A stretch of 64,000 bases of DNA from positions 6,450,001 to 6,514,000 of the forward strand of contig NC_087246.1 of assembly GCF_037042905.1 (NCBI RefSeq), in the 5' to 3' direction. A program made the position numbers and the translations under genes. The notes under the pieces are model-generated. The model was not told where the DNA came from, ran no database searches, and saw only the letters and a list, made by a program, of their open reading frames with translations. Below, piece after piece: positions 49,927-63,448 of the stretch. Position 1 is the first letter of the stretch. Every line of letters starts with the position of its first letter. The stretch comes from Lytechinus pictus (taxonomy: Eukaryota).

Positions 49927-51507
49927 ATGGCGTTTTGGAAAAGAAGGAGCCAGAGTTTTGAACCGGTGTCACCACAGAGCCGTTACACTGTGACTTATCT
50001 TGGATATGAGGAAATGCAGGGTAAAGTTGGCCTTGATAATACCATTAAACCGGTAGATGATATGTATCGTCAATACAAGTCACATAAACCGAAAACTGTG
50101 AGCAAGATGCAGATTGAAGTGATAAATAACGGCATCAAAGTTGAGCCCCTGGATGCCGGAGTCAAAACCATGTTTGCAAATTCCCCATATTACGTTGGAG
50201 AGGGCCCTTTCGGCAGTGTTTTCTTCCCGATCAACAAGCTCTCGTTTGGTGCTGCAGATCCCTACCACAATAAGATCTTCTGCTTCGTTTCACGTAACGA
50301 GAACCCTGCTGATGATCACGTTTGGGATTGCCATGCGGTCTTCTGTGAATCGTCCGCCATGGCCAAGAACCTAACCCTGAATTTGGTCAAGGCTTTCCAG
50401 AAAATAAACTCTGCCAAAGAAGATCCTTTGAGGTTGGCTCAGAAAAGCCAGAAGCCAACAACAGTGCACATTTTACGCGAGAGAGGTACGTCTGAGCACC
50501 AATTTCAAGCCAGGAGAAAAAAGAGACCCCCTGTATCAACGGTTAGTGTGACCCTTAACGTTGGTGAAAAAACGGACTTAAGAGATAAGGATACAAGTAA
50601 TTGTAACAGAGCAGTTGCTAATATCATTGCTCAACGTGCTCAAATTGAATTTGGTGCTGGTGACAGTGATGTATCCAACGGAAATAGTGTTTCAAAAGGA
50701 GTCGGGACGAGTAGTTCCGACAAGGAGAATGATCTCATGGAAGGCATCCTCAGTGATGAAGACATGACACGAAGCAATAGTCCTAGAGAGGTGGAGGTAA
50801 CCGTGGCACTAAATCCTGAATTGAATTCTCCACGTGGTGATCGTATCAGCAGCGGCGAAGAGGATGATGCGGTGTTTACTCTCGATCCTCGCTCCGGAGA
50901 AATGTCACCCAAGGAAATGATCACGACAATGAGTCCCCCTGACACACCTAGCTATCTTTCAAAAGAAGGAAAGTTACCTTCACCAACTAAATCCTCTTCA
51001 CCAAGTCAACAGAGAAATTATGTCAAGGTTAAAACGCCCTCACCCCCTCAAGCGTCAGTGATTCCTGTCAACACATCTCCAAGAAAATTGGACAGTAGCG
51101 AAATAATCAAGAGAACAAAGGCCCCATCCCCTCCAAAATCTACCACACCAGATTCCCCTCGACAACTGAACACTGGTCGAGGTGATAACAGCAGTACGTC
51201 CCCAACAGAAAACTTACGCCGGAACACTCCATCTCCTATTTCACCAAAGACATCACCTAACCCTCTTCCTGGATCACCAAGGAGCGTCCCATCTCCTGCT
51301 TCGACACCTCCGCTCAAAGCTAGTCCTCCAAAAAAGGAGAATGAGGGCTCAGGAATCACTACTCCCGAGGTAACCCTGAGGAGGCGATCACCACAATCAA
51401 CGTTGACGTCGGGCGCCAGCCCTGATGACTCTGGTGCTGTACAGAAAAAGTCCAGAAAAGAAAGGAAATCAGTGCGATTCGCGGTTGAAGAGGTGCACAT
51501 AGGATGA
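49927..51507 (+). CDS. PTB/PID-domain adaptor protein (FAM43-like) with a long Ser/Pro-rich tail, 526 aa, single coding exon
   Basis: The first ATG is at 49927 (GCAATGG); the ORF-track start at 49918 is a TTG. PTB pattern: YTVTYLG...GLDNT...KMQIEVINNGIKV...FPINKLSFGAADPYHNKIFCFVSR...WDCHAVFC...AKNLTLNLVKAF. The C-terminus contains RKSVRF. Confidence 0.9.
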   Translation: MAFWKRRSQSFEPVSPQSRYTVTYLGYEEMQGKVGLDNTIKPVDDMYRQYKSHKPKTVSKMQIEVINNGIKVEPLDAGVKTMFANSPYYVGEGPFGSVFFPINKLSFGAADPYHNKIFCFVSRNENPADDHVWDCHAVFCESSAMAKNLTLNLVKAFQKINSAKEDPLRLAQKSQKPTTVHILRERGTSEHQFQARRKKRPPVSTVSVTLNVGEKTDLRDKDTSNCNRAVANIIAQRAQIEFGAGDSDVSNGNSVSKGVGTSSSDKENDLMEGILSDEDMTRSNSPREVEVTVALNPELNSPRGDRISSGEEDDAVFTLDPRSGEMSPKEMITTMSPPDTPSYLSKEGKLPSPTKSSSPSQQRNYVKVKTPSPPQASVIPVNTSPRKLDSSEIIKRTKAPSPPKSTTPDSPRQLNTGRGDNSSTSPTENLRRNTPSPISPKTSPNPLPGSPRSVPSPASTPPLKASPPKKENEGSGITTPEVTLRRRSPQSTLTSGASPDDSGAVQKKSRKERKSVRFAVEEVHIG

Positions 51508-52179
51508 TGTATATGTTATTCCTGGAAGAGGTAGTCACATGATTGGTGAATATGAAATAAAAAAACGATTACGTGCAAAGAGGATATCTAAGTTCTAAGT
51601 TTCTGAAATTTATTATATGCCTATTTGAAAATAATTAGATCGCGCCATTGAGTTTTGATTACGACCTATGTCAAATGACTATTGGTTAAATCTTGATGTG
51701 GACTTGTCAAATGGAAATGAGTGATTTTAAGCACTAGCACCAGGAACACGTTGGGATGAATCTTTTACAACACAGATATTTCAATAGAGGAAGACGCCAT
51801 CATTTTTCCTAATGTTTTTAATTATGTATTCATCTCGCTTAGGTTCATTACAGAAAATAAATCTTTCTGAACTTGAACTTGAACTGAAAAAGTAGATTGA
51901 GCAGTAATTCCATGTTCGATGTGACTCCTTTTAACTTAACTTATGTAATTAATTGAACTTTATGGTATTTCTAAACCATTTAGAGTAACACCTATGTTAA
52001 TTTGAAATGACTTTTGAAAATATGAGTACAATCTAATCTGTATTCATTACTCTGTTACTCTCTAAACCAATACATGACAATCAGCATACGGCTACAGTCC
52101 TAATAGTCATTGCATGGGTACAAAATCACGTTTATTTTCTAATTGAGTCATTACAGTTTATGTTTGGGATAGCATGTAA

Positions 52180-52726
52180 CGTGGTACTCAGGGCTGAAAA
52201 TAATTGTATCTAAATAAATGGAGTAAAATATTAATCGAGGAAAATGCCGAAAACTTCACCAAACTCTGATAACAAGTAAGTAATGATATTTTAAATTTTA
52301 TAAATATTTTGTGAAAACAGTTATATGCACGTCATCATAAATATTCATAAGGTGGGCTGATGATGTCACATCCCAACTTTCCTCGTTCTTCTATTATTAA
52401 ATGAAATCGTAACTATTCCATTTTTTATACATGTGTGAATGATATATCTCTTATAATAAAATGAGATACAGCCAAGAATATCTAATGCATTAAATAAGTT
52501 GTTAGTCCAATTTTTTAGTTCTTGGAGAATTTTTTTTTGTGTATTCATGTACAAGTAGGGATATGACATCATCGGTTTGCTCATTGACTATTCATGAAGA
52601 TATGCACAGAACTGTTTCACAAAAATAATGCATATCTTCAAATGTCCTTACTTTGTTATTCCTTGTCCGATTTTACTTAAATTTTCAGTGTTCTTTTTGG
52701 TCTCATTTTCAGCCTGAAGTACCTCT
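52180..52726. mobile_element. Older Kolobok-like TTAA MITE related to 26934-27514
   Basis: GTGGTACTCAGGGCTGAAAA ... TTTTCAGCCTGAAGTACCTCT|TTAA. It shares GCTGATGATGTCA and GGGATATGACATCATC blocks with the 26934 copy. The left TSD is degraded. Confidence 0.7.
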
Positions 52727-55700
52727 TTAAATGTCGCTTTCGCAGTTACACCAATGAAATGAATCCCAAGACGACCGATTGTATGTCATTGAAAATATAA
52801 CATTTTGATAGGTTTAAAGGCGGTCTGGAATCTCTGGATGTTGTGGTGAATGCTACTTTGACTCAAAAGACATATTGTGGAGAAGTAATGCCCTGTGATC
52901 ATGGTAATTAGTGCTTTGTTTAAGATGTGTCATCTAATATACATGTGTCTTGAAAGCCTTTTGTGCTCATGGTGACAAGGAAATTTTGACTGAATGTCGT
53001 AATTTACCAGCCTTTAAGAATATACGTGGGATATAAATTACGATAATTAAGCACAATTTGGACTAAATTTCGTCAATTACCTGCCTTGAAGATGATGTGA
53101 GATACAAATTACGATAATTAAGCAATTGCTTAACCTCATCATGTTGAAAAGTAAGTTTTTCTGGCTTAGTTCATCTGGATTTTGACTGAGAAAAGAATGC
53201 ACACTTCTCCCAGTGTATACGTTGTGAGTAGGGAAACAAAAAATTAATACGTCATTTAAAACGTGTTGAATATCGAATTTCTGTGTTTTACAATATTATA
53301 TATAAGCAGAGCATCTAATAGTGTATGTGATCACTGAAATATATCATGTTGTTTTGGTATGTAATGACAATTTTTCTCGACAGCGAAATAATTGCCAAAT
53401 AATTCTATACTTTGCATAGGCCTTCGTATTTGGGAAGATTATCTGTTGCGGATGATATGCGAAGATCAATTAAATTTCACTAATTAGAGAGCAACTTCAA
53501 TAATAATATTGTCTAGGAGTATTCCATAACTTCAATGTTATTGACTCTAAAATATTGACTCTGAAATATGGTTTCATTTCTTCAACGACAGAAAAATTAA
53601 CATTCTAGATTAGCACCTGGTTGCCATGAGCTTTACTGAATGTGATTTAAAAAACGAAAAAAATTACAAATAAGCAATTTTTCCGGTCGTTCGTTAAGTC
53701 ATCCGTAACTTCGAAATTTTAAATCACCTAAGTAGTCAAAGGAACATGATATGGAAAGTTGTGCTCTGATTATCATGATTATCAGGGTTTAATTACTCAT
53801 GACAAGTGAATATATTAATTTGTATTCAGAGTCTCAATTATGAGTGATGACGTAGCCTAAGGAGTTAAAGGTTCGCGTTTAAAAATGACTCGTTACTTTC
53901 CTGACCTGGGCAATGATGTTTTTTTCGGTAAATATGCCAAAAATTAAGACGAATGATCATATTGTTTGTAATGTCACCATATGCTTGTAACATATGTTCA
54001 TGTGCGAGATGAAATGTGTGTTTTTATTAGTATTCATATAACCAAATATATCTGTATGAAAGATCTTTTAAAGTGAAGCAAAATTTATTAAAGAAATCTT
54101 GAAGATAGAATTTAAACCTTTTAGAGTCAGCTTTAATGAGAGAATTTTGTTTTATTATGCATAATGCCTAAATATTTTCTATGACATGGATTTCCATATT
54201 GGTCAATGATGCAAGGTGCTTAAAATTTATGAAATGTGTGGATCCTTTACCCAATTTTACTTTATATTTAAATACAATTCATGGCTTTCAACCCAATAAA
54301 AAAGATCGCATTGATCGATCTATCTGATAAATCAGAAAAACAAAATAGGAACCAGCAGGATTCTCATCTACTAATTGCCGGTCAGATTACTGGGTAGAAA
54401 GCCATAAATTGCATTTACATATAATGAGACTTCCCAAGCAAGCCTTTAACATTCAAATTTTACTCAATTAAACCACAATGCACAAACCCAAAGCTGTAAG
54501 GATCAATTCTATAACTCGTAATAATTTATTTTAAATGGTAGCTTGTAGGGTTTCATTTTTTAAATCATCACGGAGAAAGAAACATGCATTAACATTACAA
54601 TATAGTGTATGATATGATGTAATATTGAACAAATTATCCGAATATTTGCAGCTGGTCACGGCTCTGGTAGAGACAACTTTGAAAGGTGAAGATGAGACAC
54701 AAGGGCGTTCTGTTTACCGTTCACAGTTTGGACGTGTCATCGTAACAATACATATCAATCGTACTTCTTCTATTTGCAAAGAATGAGACCCCGAAACACA
54801 ACCACAGAAAAGACGAACAAAGCATGTCCTTTCTTAACATCACTCAATTTTCGAGAAAGAAAAAAAATCGATCGAGAGGCATTTGTTACCCTCGTTTTAG
54901 CAAAGTATTAATAGAGACCCCCTCTGCCAAACATCATTATGGTTGCATCAACAAGTTTACAAATATATATGTGTATAAATGTTGAAATAAAACAGCGCAA
55001 AGCAACAAACAAATTTAAGGAAATAAATAGGGTATATGACGAGAGTTGTGTCATAATTATGGTTATGAACTTTGTCAATACCATTTTAAAAGAAAAGTAA
55101 AACCACGAATTCGTTCAATAAATGACACCATATCATTTTTACACATGTAAACCACAATATCATGGATATCATGTCGTTAACGGAATCGTACAGGATATAT
55201 TTATCGCTGTGGTATAAACACATGTCCACCGCATGACGCTGATAAAAGATTGTATTACCCAAATATGAACCAGACAAGGTTATTTCCACTTAGAATTTGA
55301 AAAAAAAATAACATGAACACCATTTTATTTTCTATTAACATTTGAATTAGGGTATAATTAATTATTCATTAATCATTCAAACGTGGGATGGTGGGTATAA
55401 TTGGAAATTCCCCATGAATCTTACAAAACAAACAAACAAAAAACATTCAACATTACAAAATGAGGACATGTGTTTTGCTCACACATGTATAATGAAATTA
55501 TATCCATATTCTATATGAGTATCATTAGATCACAATTATTGTTTTTATGATATGACGTGATGTTATTAACCGGCCGTCAGCCGTGATGTACATGGAAGAC
55601 TGATTCTAGGCAAACATTAGTGGCAATGAAACATTCTGTGTAAATAGCAATCTGATGTGGCTTTTAATTAGCATGTGGTGGTATATAGCTGGAGAACGTG

Positions 55701-55803
55701 AGCAGCATTCATCCATGTACTGTCAACCTCCCCTCCCCCTCCACACCCTCCACCATCCACCTGCCCTCTATATCAGATTAATAGAGGTATCACAGGCCTA
55801 ATT

Positions 55804-56188
55804 CATTTCCCATAGACTCGTGTGTTAAAGTGGCACTTTAAAAAAAAAATCATAAAAAATAAGGAGAAAACTCGAGGGTTGAATGTTTACTACCAGTGGA
55901 CAGGATATATGTCTGACATTCCATATCTGACCAGAAAAGGGTACCTCGACCGGCTCATTTTAAAAATAAATCGGCATTTATGAAGACTACACCTGACAGG
56001 ATCAAATTCATCACTTGAGAGAGTAAAATGGCCCTAATTCTTCTGCCAGTAAAAAAATAGTTCCGAAGTAGTGATATATCTTTCCAATTTGGAAAAAGGA
56101 AGTTCAGTAGGTACCCTCCCTATAATCAGTGTTAGATTGTCAATCATATTTATTCATTTTTGTCAATCAGCAATATCAAATTTCAAAA
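55804..56188. repeat. Dispersed repeat, inverted copy of 39519-39897
   Basis: Collinear reverse-complement match over about 380 bp. Confidence 0.8.
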
Positions 56189-56696
56189 TGGAGCAATGTG
56201 TTGGCTCGAATGAATATCTTTGGCCTGCCAGTTGTAGTTAGGCCCGTGTGACCTAGAGAACGTCCATTACTGGCTGTGTAGAGTTGTGACTTCTTATACA
56301 ATGCGTCCCGGCAAAACAGAACCAAGTTTCTCACTGATTTTGATTCTAACACAGGCAAGTGAAAAGATATGATAAGATATGCCCACCAATAAACAGACAG
56401 TTGGGAATTTCAATGCAAGAATCAAGTTGCGCAGGAACAAAACGTTTAAGTGTGTTACTCTTTTTCTTGAACAAACTGTATAGTTTGCTCCTAAAAATGT
56501 ACAAATTTCACCATATGAAATGATAGAATCGTCATAGCTAATGCACATTATTCAACGGCGCTTCTTGTAGATTATTTATTTTTCTTTCAATAAGAACCGA
56601 TAAAATTATACATATTTATTTCCAATGATAAAGTTAGACAGGTATATCAGGAAAGCTAACTGGAAACATATTCAAAAGCAGTTTAAGAAAACTTAA

Positions 56697-57291
56697 AGGA
56701 CAAGTCCACCCCAACAGAAAGTTGATTTAAATAAAAAGAGAAAAATCCAACAAGCATAACACTGAAAATTTCATCAAAATCGGATGTAAAATAAGAAAGT
56801 AATGACATTTTAAAGTTTCGCTTAATTTCGCAAAACAGTTATATGCACATCCTGGCTGGTATGCAAATGAGGAGACTATGATGTCATCCACTCACTATTT
56901 CTTTTGTATTTTATTATATGAAATATGAAATATTCTAATTTGCTCCTCATTGTCAAGTGATACAAGGATTAATTCCTCCCTGAACATGTGGAATTAGCAT
57001 TGTTTAATACTATATGGTTCAGTCAAGTTGGTCCTTATTGTCAAATCTATAAAAAATGAAATATGTATAATTCAAACAATAAAAAACAAAAGAAATAGTG
57101 AGTGATGGCCATCATCTACTGAGTCACCTAGTTGTGTATATCACTGTTTTGCGAAAAATAAGCGAAACTTTAAAATGTCATTATTTTCTTATTTTACATC
57201 CGATTTTGATGAAATTTCAGCACTATGCTAGTTTGATTTTTCTGTATTTTTTTGTATTCAAGTCAGCATTTTCCTGGGGTAGACTTGACCT
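56697..57291. mobile_element. Kolobok-like TTAA MITE, intact copy
   Basis: TTAA|AGGACAAGTCCACCCCA ... TGGGGTAGACTTGACCT|TTAA, with long imperfect TIRs (GAAAATTTCATCAAAATCGGATGTAAAATAAGAAA and its reverse complement). Purine-start termini plus TTAA favour Kolobok over piggyBac. Confidence 0.88.
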
Positions 57292-60200
57292 TTAAAACTC
57301 TAAACGCGTTGAAGCATTCACTTGCCCTTGACTCAAACCCGTTGTGTGCAAGAGCAGCTATGGCACCGCCGATAGAAAGCCAAACTTTTGCACTCTAAAT
57401 GCTACGTTGGCATCAACCATGCCTTTCAAAAGGTCGCCACTATGCACCAGAAGGGTGCGAAGTGTACTTATCTACATCGTTGGGTTAAAAAATCCTCTTG
57501 TAAATCATCGTGTAAAGTAGCACCCCAAAAGTTGCACTTCCAGTGTTGCATTTGACTGGTGACAATACTCTGCATCCCTTTTCTTAGTGTGTAGCGCGTG
57601 ATAAAAAATGGGGGATGAGAATTATGGGGAGAGGAGGGTAATAAATCGAAGGCAGAGAGAGAGAGAGGGGGAGGCTGAAGAGCAAGAGACAAAAGGGAAG
57701 AGAGGATTATCATAACTGAGAGATAGAACAAAGATAGAAAGGAACAAAGAGAGGTTGAGAAAAGAATGCCCCCCCCCAAAAAAAAAAAAAAAAAAAATCT
57801 TTTGAGAAAAAATGATCCCTATTCATGCCAAATACAATGTACATTTTGTTTTCGTTTTCTCCCCCTCCATACATGTACATTTCTCCGTTCTCATTAATAT
57901 AAGTCATGGCTCGAATGATTAATAATGTGTAAAAATGAAATGGGTTAAAAGCATCATTGACCTTCACGGTTACAACACATTTTCCTCTGGTTTAATACTG
58001 AAGGTAACCAGTCCTAATGGGATGCGCTCGACGCGTAACGCCAAAACAAATTTGGCGTCTCCTTGTACCGACTGATAGAGTCAATATTGTCTCACGCCAG
58101 AGGAACAAATGAAAAACACACAGAATAGACAGTGAAAAGCACGTTTTCTAAAGGCTTCAAAATGACATGAAATACAGAACAAGACTAAAAGGCAGTCTAG
58201 ATGCCTGCTTGTTTGTCGATTGAAATTGAGATGTGGTATATCGATGTTGGGTATATAGTTTTTGTGTTTGATATTGAAGGATGGGCAGTTGAATGTCAGT
58301 TTGATTAGAAGTATAAGATGACCAAGCAAATTTTCATTATGTTATGATCGGGTATTAATAACTACAAGGTGGAATATCTTAGGTTTCAGCCAATCCAGGC
58401 ATGTTACCCGCTCGTACTGATGTCAGAAAATGTGGTGGGTGAAAAGAATTATGAAATATGATTAAGATTGTCAATGGTGTGCTAAGCGAAAAGAAAGGAT
58501 AAACATGATTCATCATTTTAATCATTCACACATGCCTACTCTCCTTCGAAACACATGTACAACACGCAAAATAAGCTATCGTGATGGAGGGAGAGAGAGA
58601 CACACACACACACAATCATGTAGATACGAGAATCCGACAGGCAGATATAGAGATGAAGAGAGAGACAGGGGAAGGGAGTGGGCGTAAATAATAGTGATTC
58701 TAACACTCAATATTTACCCATATTATCTAACAACATGCCTAACGGGATGGAGACTAATGTGAAGAGCTAAAGGCTGACAGAATAAATATAAAAGAGACCA
58801 AAGGAGTTAACTCGAACAAAATAGGTGAAGGAAAGGTGAACGCTTCACAAGAAATTGGTATTTTGTTCAGTGCTACGATTCTCTAATCTTCTAAACAAAT
58901 ATTAAAATAAGGCGTCAACAGATCCTTTCAAAAACTCGTAACTGTCTTTATTAAACTCAGTATCTATAGAGCTTCATAGCTTTTCGACAAATTTCAATAT
59001 TTATATCAAGTGTGTTATACACCGTGCGTAACTATTGGCTTGGATCATAATGAAAAACAAAAGCGGATGCAGGGGGCACTTTTGCCTCCTTGAGAGTTCC
59101 CTTTTTCTTACTCTTTGGGCTTGTAAATTTATTGTTTTAAATCATCCCTCTCCTTGTTTCGCTCCTGTTTTTTGTTGTTGTTTTGTGCATACTCTTACAC
59201 GAATTCGTCTCTTGAATCCTGTCCATGTGATTTACATCAAATATATATACATCGCGGAAATGCGAGTTTATATTGTTAGTAACGCTATAAAATTCAACAA
59301 AATGTTAATTATAGGCCTATCTTTCATTTGATAGAATCTAGAACATAAACACTTTCATCTGAATTCGGGGAAATTAGAAGGCATGGCTGGAATTAATTGA
59401 CAATTGATGCAATAGATGAAGCGATTTTTTTTTTCGTCTTTTGGTCTGGTTTTGAAAGGTCGGATTACATCTTGTTTCGGTAGGAGAGTGTCCTTTACTT
59501 TTAACTGTTTCCTTTCATCGAATTCTAATCCTCAGCTAATGAAGAGAAATCCGTCTTAGTATTATCTTATAAGAAGTTTGAAGGTGAAAAAAGTGAGAAT
59601 AGATACTAATCATGCAATTAAATGGAATAGGGGAAAGAGTCAACCAAATATAACGATTTTCCAAAGTGACCTTGTCAGAAAGGTATTCCCCGTGATTCCT
59701 CTGCTATTGCACACACACACACACATACAAAATATTACTCATTATATATTTCATCAGAAAATATCACAGCCAGACCATTTGTACATATTATACCTTATTC
59801 TATAATGACTAGACACTTTAGTATAGTCATGAAGTGACTGCTATGAACACAATAAACTGACTAGCATTATGAATATCAATAATAATCCTAATACATGAAA
59901 ACTCTGTAATGCCATATTGTCAATTAATTTAGGCAATGAGTATAATTATGATAATTCTAAACTCTTTTCCATTTGGGATCAATAAAAAGATGATACCTGG
60001 GAACGATCTATACCTTTTGGAGGATACCAAATTTGTGTAAGTCAAAAAGGTTGCCATGGTAATGACCCTGAGTAAAGTACATCAAAATTTACTGCTTGTG
60101 AAATGATCGTCTGCTGAATTGAATTAATAAATTCGCCTATGCAAAACTGACTGAGGGGGGGGGGTATCCATGTATACACAATAAGGAATTTATATTTACT

Positions 60201-61850
60201 TTAATCCCTGTGTACAACATAAGCATAAAGTAATGAACGACTCTATTAAAACAAGATGGAACTTTGTTTGTGTTTTCCTCTTGGGCCATAGAGTTTCACA
60301 TGATTATTTTATCTCTTCGGGTAATATAATTTTTAAAGCAAAAATAAACGGTTTACGTCGATCCAAAGCAATCGAGCTACTTTTGTGTGATTCAGTACAT
60401 TTTCGAGATCACATACCCCTTTTGGAAGATCTTTATTAAGAAATTGCAGAAAACAAAGCACATTAAGTACGTCTTGAAAAACTGACAAATTTGGATCATT
60501 TTCACCGTTTTCACCATTATCATAATCATCCTCATTCTTATCATCTCCATCTCCATCATTATAAAATCATGAACAGAATAAAATTTCTATTCTGCTACAT
60601 AAATGTATTTATCAATTTAATGAGTTTATTCCGGGGTTGTCATTTTTTCAAAGCAATATGCTTATAATGACAATCATTCTCCTGCAAACTGTAACTGTTA
60701 TGATTTTTTGTTGGTAGTAGATCATATTTGTTTAGAATGACTTTTTTTTTATGATTCATACCAAAATCAATTACCAATATATAATGTTTGTTATGTAATG
60801 AAAATTGTATTGTATACGAATGTTATGAATGCAGAAGAAAACAACAAATCAAATCAAATCAAAATCTTTTTTAATGTTACATTGAAGGGTAGAATCAGAC
60901 TTGATATAGTACATGCGCTGAAGGTACATGAACGTGAGTATGATTTTCACTCTTATTTTCTCGCTTGTTCCCCATGTAGCTGTGTAAATTCAATTGTTAT
61001 TCATTGCTTTACAAAGAACGCTTTTTTTCTTGATGTAGAGGTGGGATACACCTACAGATAAGTGCTACAATAATACAATCCTAAACAAATCATTGGTAGC
61101 ACGAAAGCCTCTTGAAACAAGGGCATTTAAAAGTGCATAAAAGAAACATTCTCGGAGCTAAATACTTCAAACGTTTAAGCCGCACTACCCGTAAATACGC
61201 AAAGTACTGTTCAAAAGTAAAAGTTTCATTGGAAACTAGACAGATTAGACATGTAAATCTAAATTGTCATCCCAATGTTTTGATAATCTCTTTAGGGGTT
61301 GTAAAGAGTCTCCGTGTTTGGTAGAATCGATTGAAATTCCAATCATAAAAGACCATCTATTGTTAAAACACAAAGGATACAAACTAAGATGCTTCAGTGC
61401 TCCACTGAAGAAAATACCCGCCTTCTTTTATTTCATTCCCTGTAACTCACCCATATCTCCTTCTGTCTTTTATCTTATTTGTTGAAATAGGAAAGTCGGA
61501 CAGGATGGTTTGTAAAATAGTATTTTGATTCTGCACACTTTTTAACAAAACATTGTCTTAGTATTGTACCAAACAGCATTAAATTATAATCATCAATAAT
61601 TTGATTTTGAGGAATATTCCTTTCAACCTGTTGGAGTCTGGTTGAAGGTAGTACAACATTTTTCATACAACCCTGCAGCCTGCATATGGACACAGTCTCC
61701 AACGAATATCTTCTACCACTTGCCATAGCAGAATATAATTCCAATTCTTTCATAATTAATGGTGTGGAAACCTTTCCAAACATGATATTCCAATTAATTT
61801 AAGTTCCAGAATAATAATAACACATGCGCGCGCCCACACCCACACACCTA

Positions 61851-62685
61851 CACTGTAAAAAAAAAATCTTTGAATCAGTAGTTAACACTTAATGTATTTA
61901 AGTAGAATTTACAATTTGTAATCATTTTTCGTTGTTTTTAAGTAGTTTCAACTTGTCTTTTAATTTACTTGATTTACTTGATTTATTTGGGTTCAATATA
62001 CATTTAAGAAAATTCACGTATTGATAGCTTGCTTTGATTGAGTAAATCTAACTCAATTAGGCAAAGATGATTTTTACTTATAAAATCATGTTGAATGTAC
62101 TTATATTTTTCAATTAACGCCATATTTAAATAATGCATGAATATTCATTAGAGCAAGTAAATGTTTTTTTTTTTAAATAACTGTCATATCTATTTGTGTT
62201 TGAAATTGTTTTGGATAAGGGTGTGCTAACTATTGTATTCTTTTGTTGAATCAATGAAAAGGCAATATTAAATAGTCATTTAGCAGAAAATTATTCTCAC
62301 TGTTTTATTTGTAAGAATGAAACGATCGCGTATAAATATAAATGTCAGTACCTATACATGTACAGGTAAGTGACAATTCACAAAGTCTAATATTTGGATA
62401 AAACATGTCTAAAATGAAAATGATGCCACCAAAAGTGGGACGATGGGGGAGCGGACTTTCGAATCACGAAAGTCCACTCCCCCATTTGATATTTTCAAAT
62501 ATTTTGTTGATTGTTTTACTTAATTGAATTAAGTTATTGTAACTTAATTTTCTTGAGTAAAATGGAAGCAAAGAAAATAAGTAAATTTTACTTAAAACTG
62601 CCAAAGTCATAAATACTTGAAAAAATTAAGGCAATTTTTTGCCACAATTTTATTAAGTAATTTCTACTAATTTTTTTTTACAGTG
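61851..62685. mobile_element. CACTG-terminal MITE with TA TSD (EnSpm/CACTA-like)
   Basis: TA|CACTGTAAAAAAAAAA ... TTTTTTTTTACAGTG|TA, with subterminal TACTT/AAGTA repeats. Confidence 0.7.
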
Positions 62686-63448
62686 TATATACACAGAAGG
62701 TTACCCTCGCGCACACAACCGTTCACCTTTACGCAAACATATATTCATAAAAATAACATTTTAGCGCTACATTTTCAGCTAAGAAGAGGGCAAACGATTA
62801 TGATAAGAAGCTACTGTTTTTTCTGTGAATTTAATGAAAGATTTTGAGTGTCTACGCAATCCTAGTTAACCATAAATTATGACATTAAATCCATTAATCT
62901 TGACAGTTGAATCCATAGTCTTCAAAAAAATAAGAATAACAAGCTTATTCCATGTTGCTTTTTCTGATGGTAAGCCTCTTGCTTTAGGTAGATTTTTAGA
63001 TCTTCATTAGTTTTAATCATGCATAAACATAAAACCATCTTTGGGTATATAACATTTAACATCCATAGTAACAGACATAACAACCAAACAAGAGTGTCAT
63101 ATTCATAAAGTGTACCACAATTCAAAGAAACACTGTAAATATTCACGAAGTCAATGTCAACGATATCCAAGGTCTCGTACCCTGTTAGTCTCTTCTGGTT
63201 TAGACATGTAATTGAAGCTTTTGAGTGATTTGATTTGTGGTATTTACCAGGGTGACAAAATCAGTGACGCGATAAAAAGCATCGAAAACACAATATTTTC
63301 ATCAGATGATAATATCGTATATAATGTTACATTGCCTCAGGGTTGTGGTTTATGGTTAAACTAACCGCTTTAAATTGTTTCCGTCAACGATATCTGTGCC
63401 TTTCCTGATAAAAAAGCTCAAATGAGATATCTTCCCTACAGGAAACAA

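Noticed and set aside
50080..51500. Antisense and alternate-frame ORFs within PTB gene 2 (likewise 36345-37235 within gene 1)
   Set aside because: By-products of GC-richer coding sequence with no independent support.
61100..61790. Possible decayed LINE ORF2 3' region on the minus strand, including ORF 61475-61783
   Set aside because: Only scattered hints (MGEL, FTFEQY) across broken frames, which cannot be supported without TBLASTN or HMM evidence.
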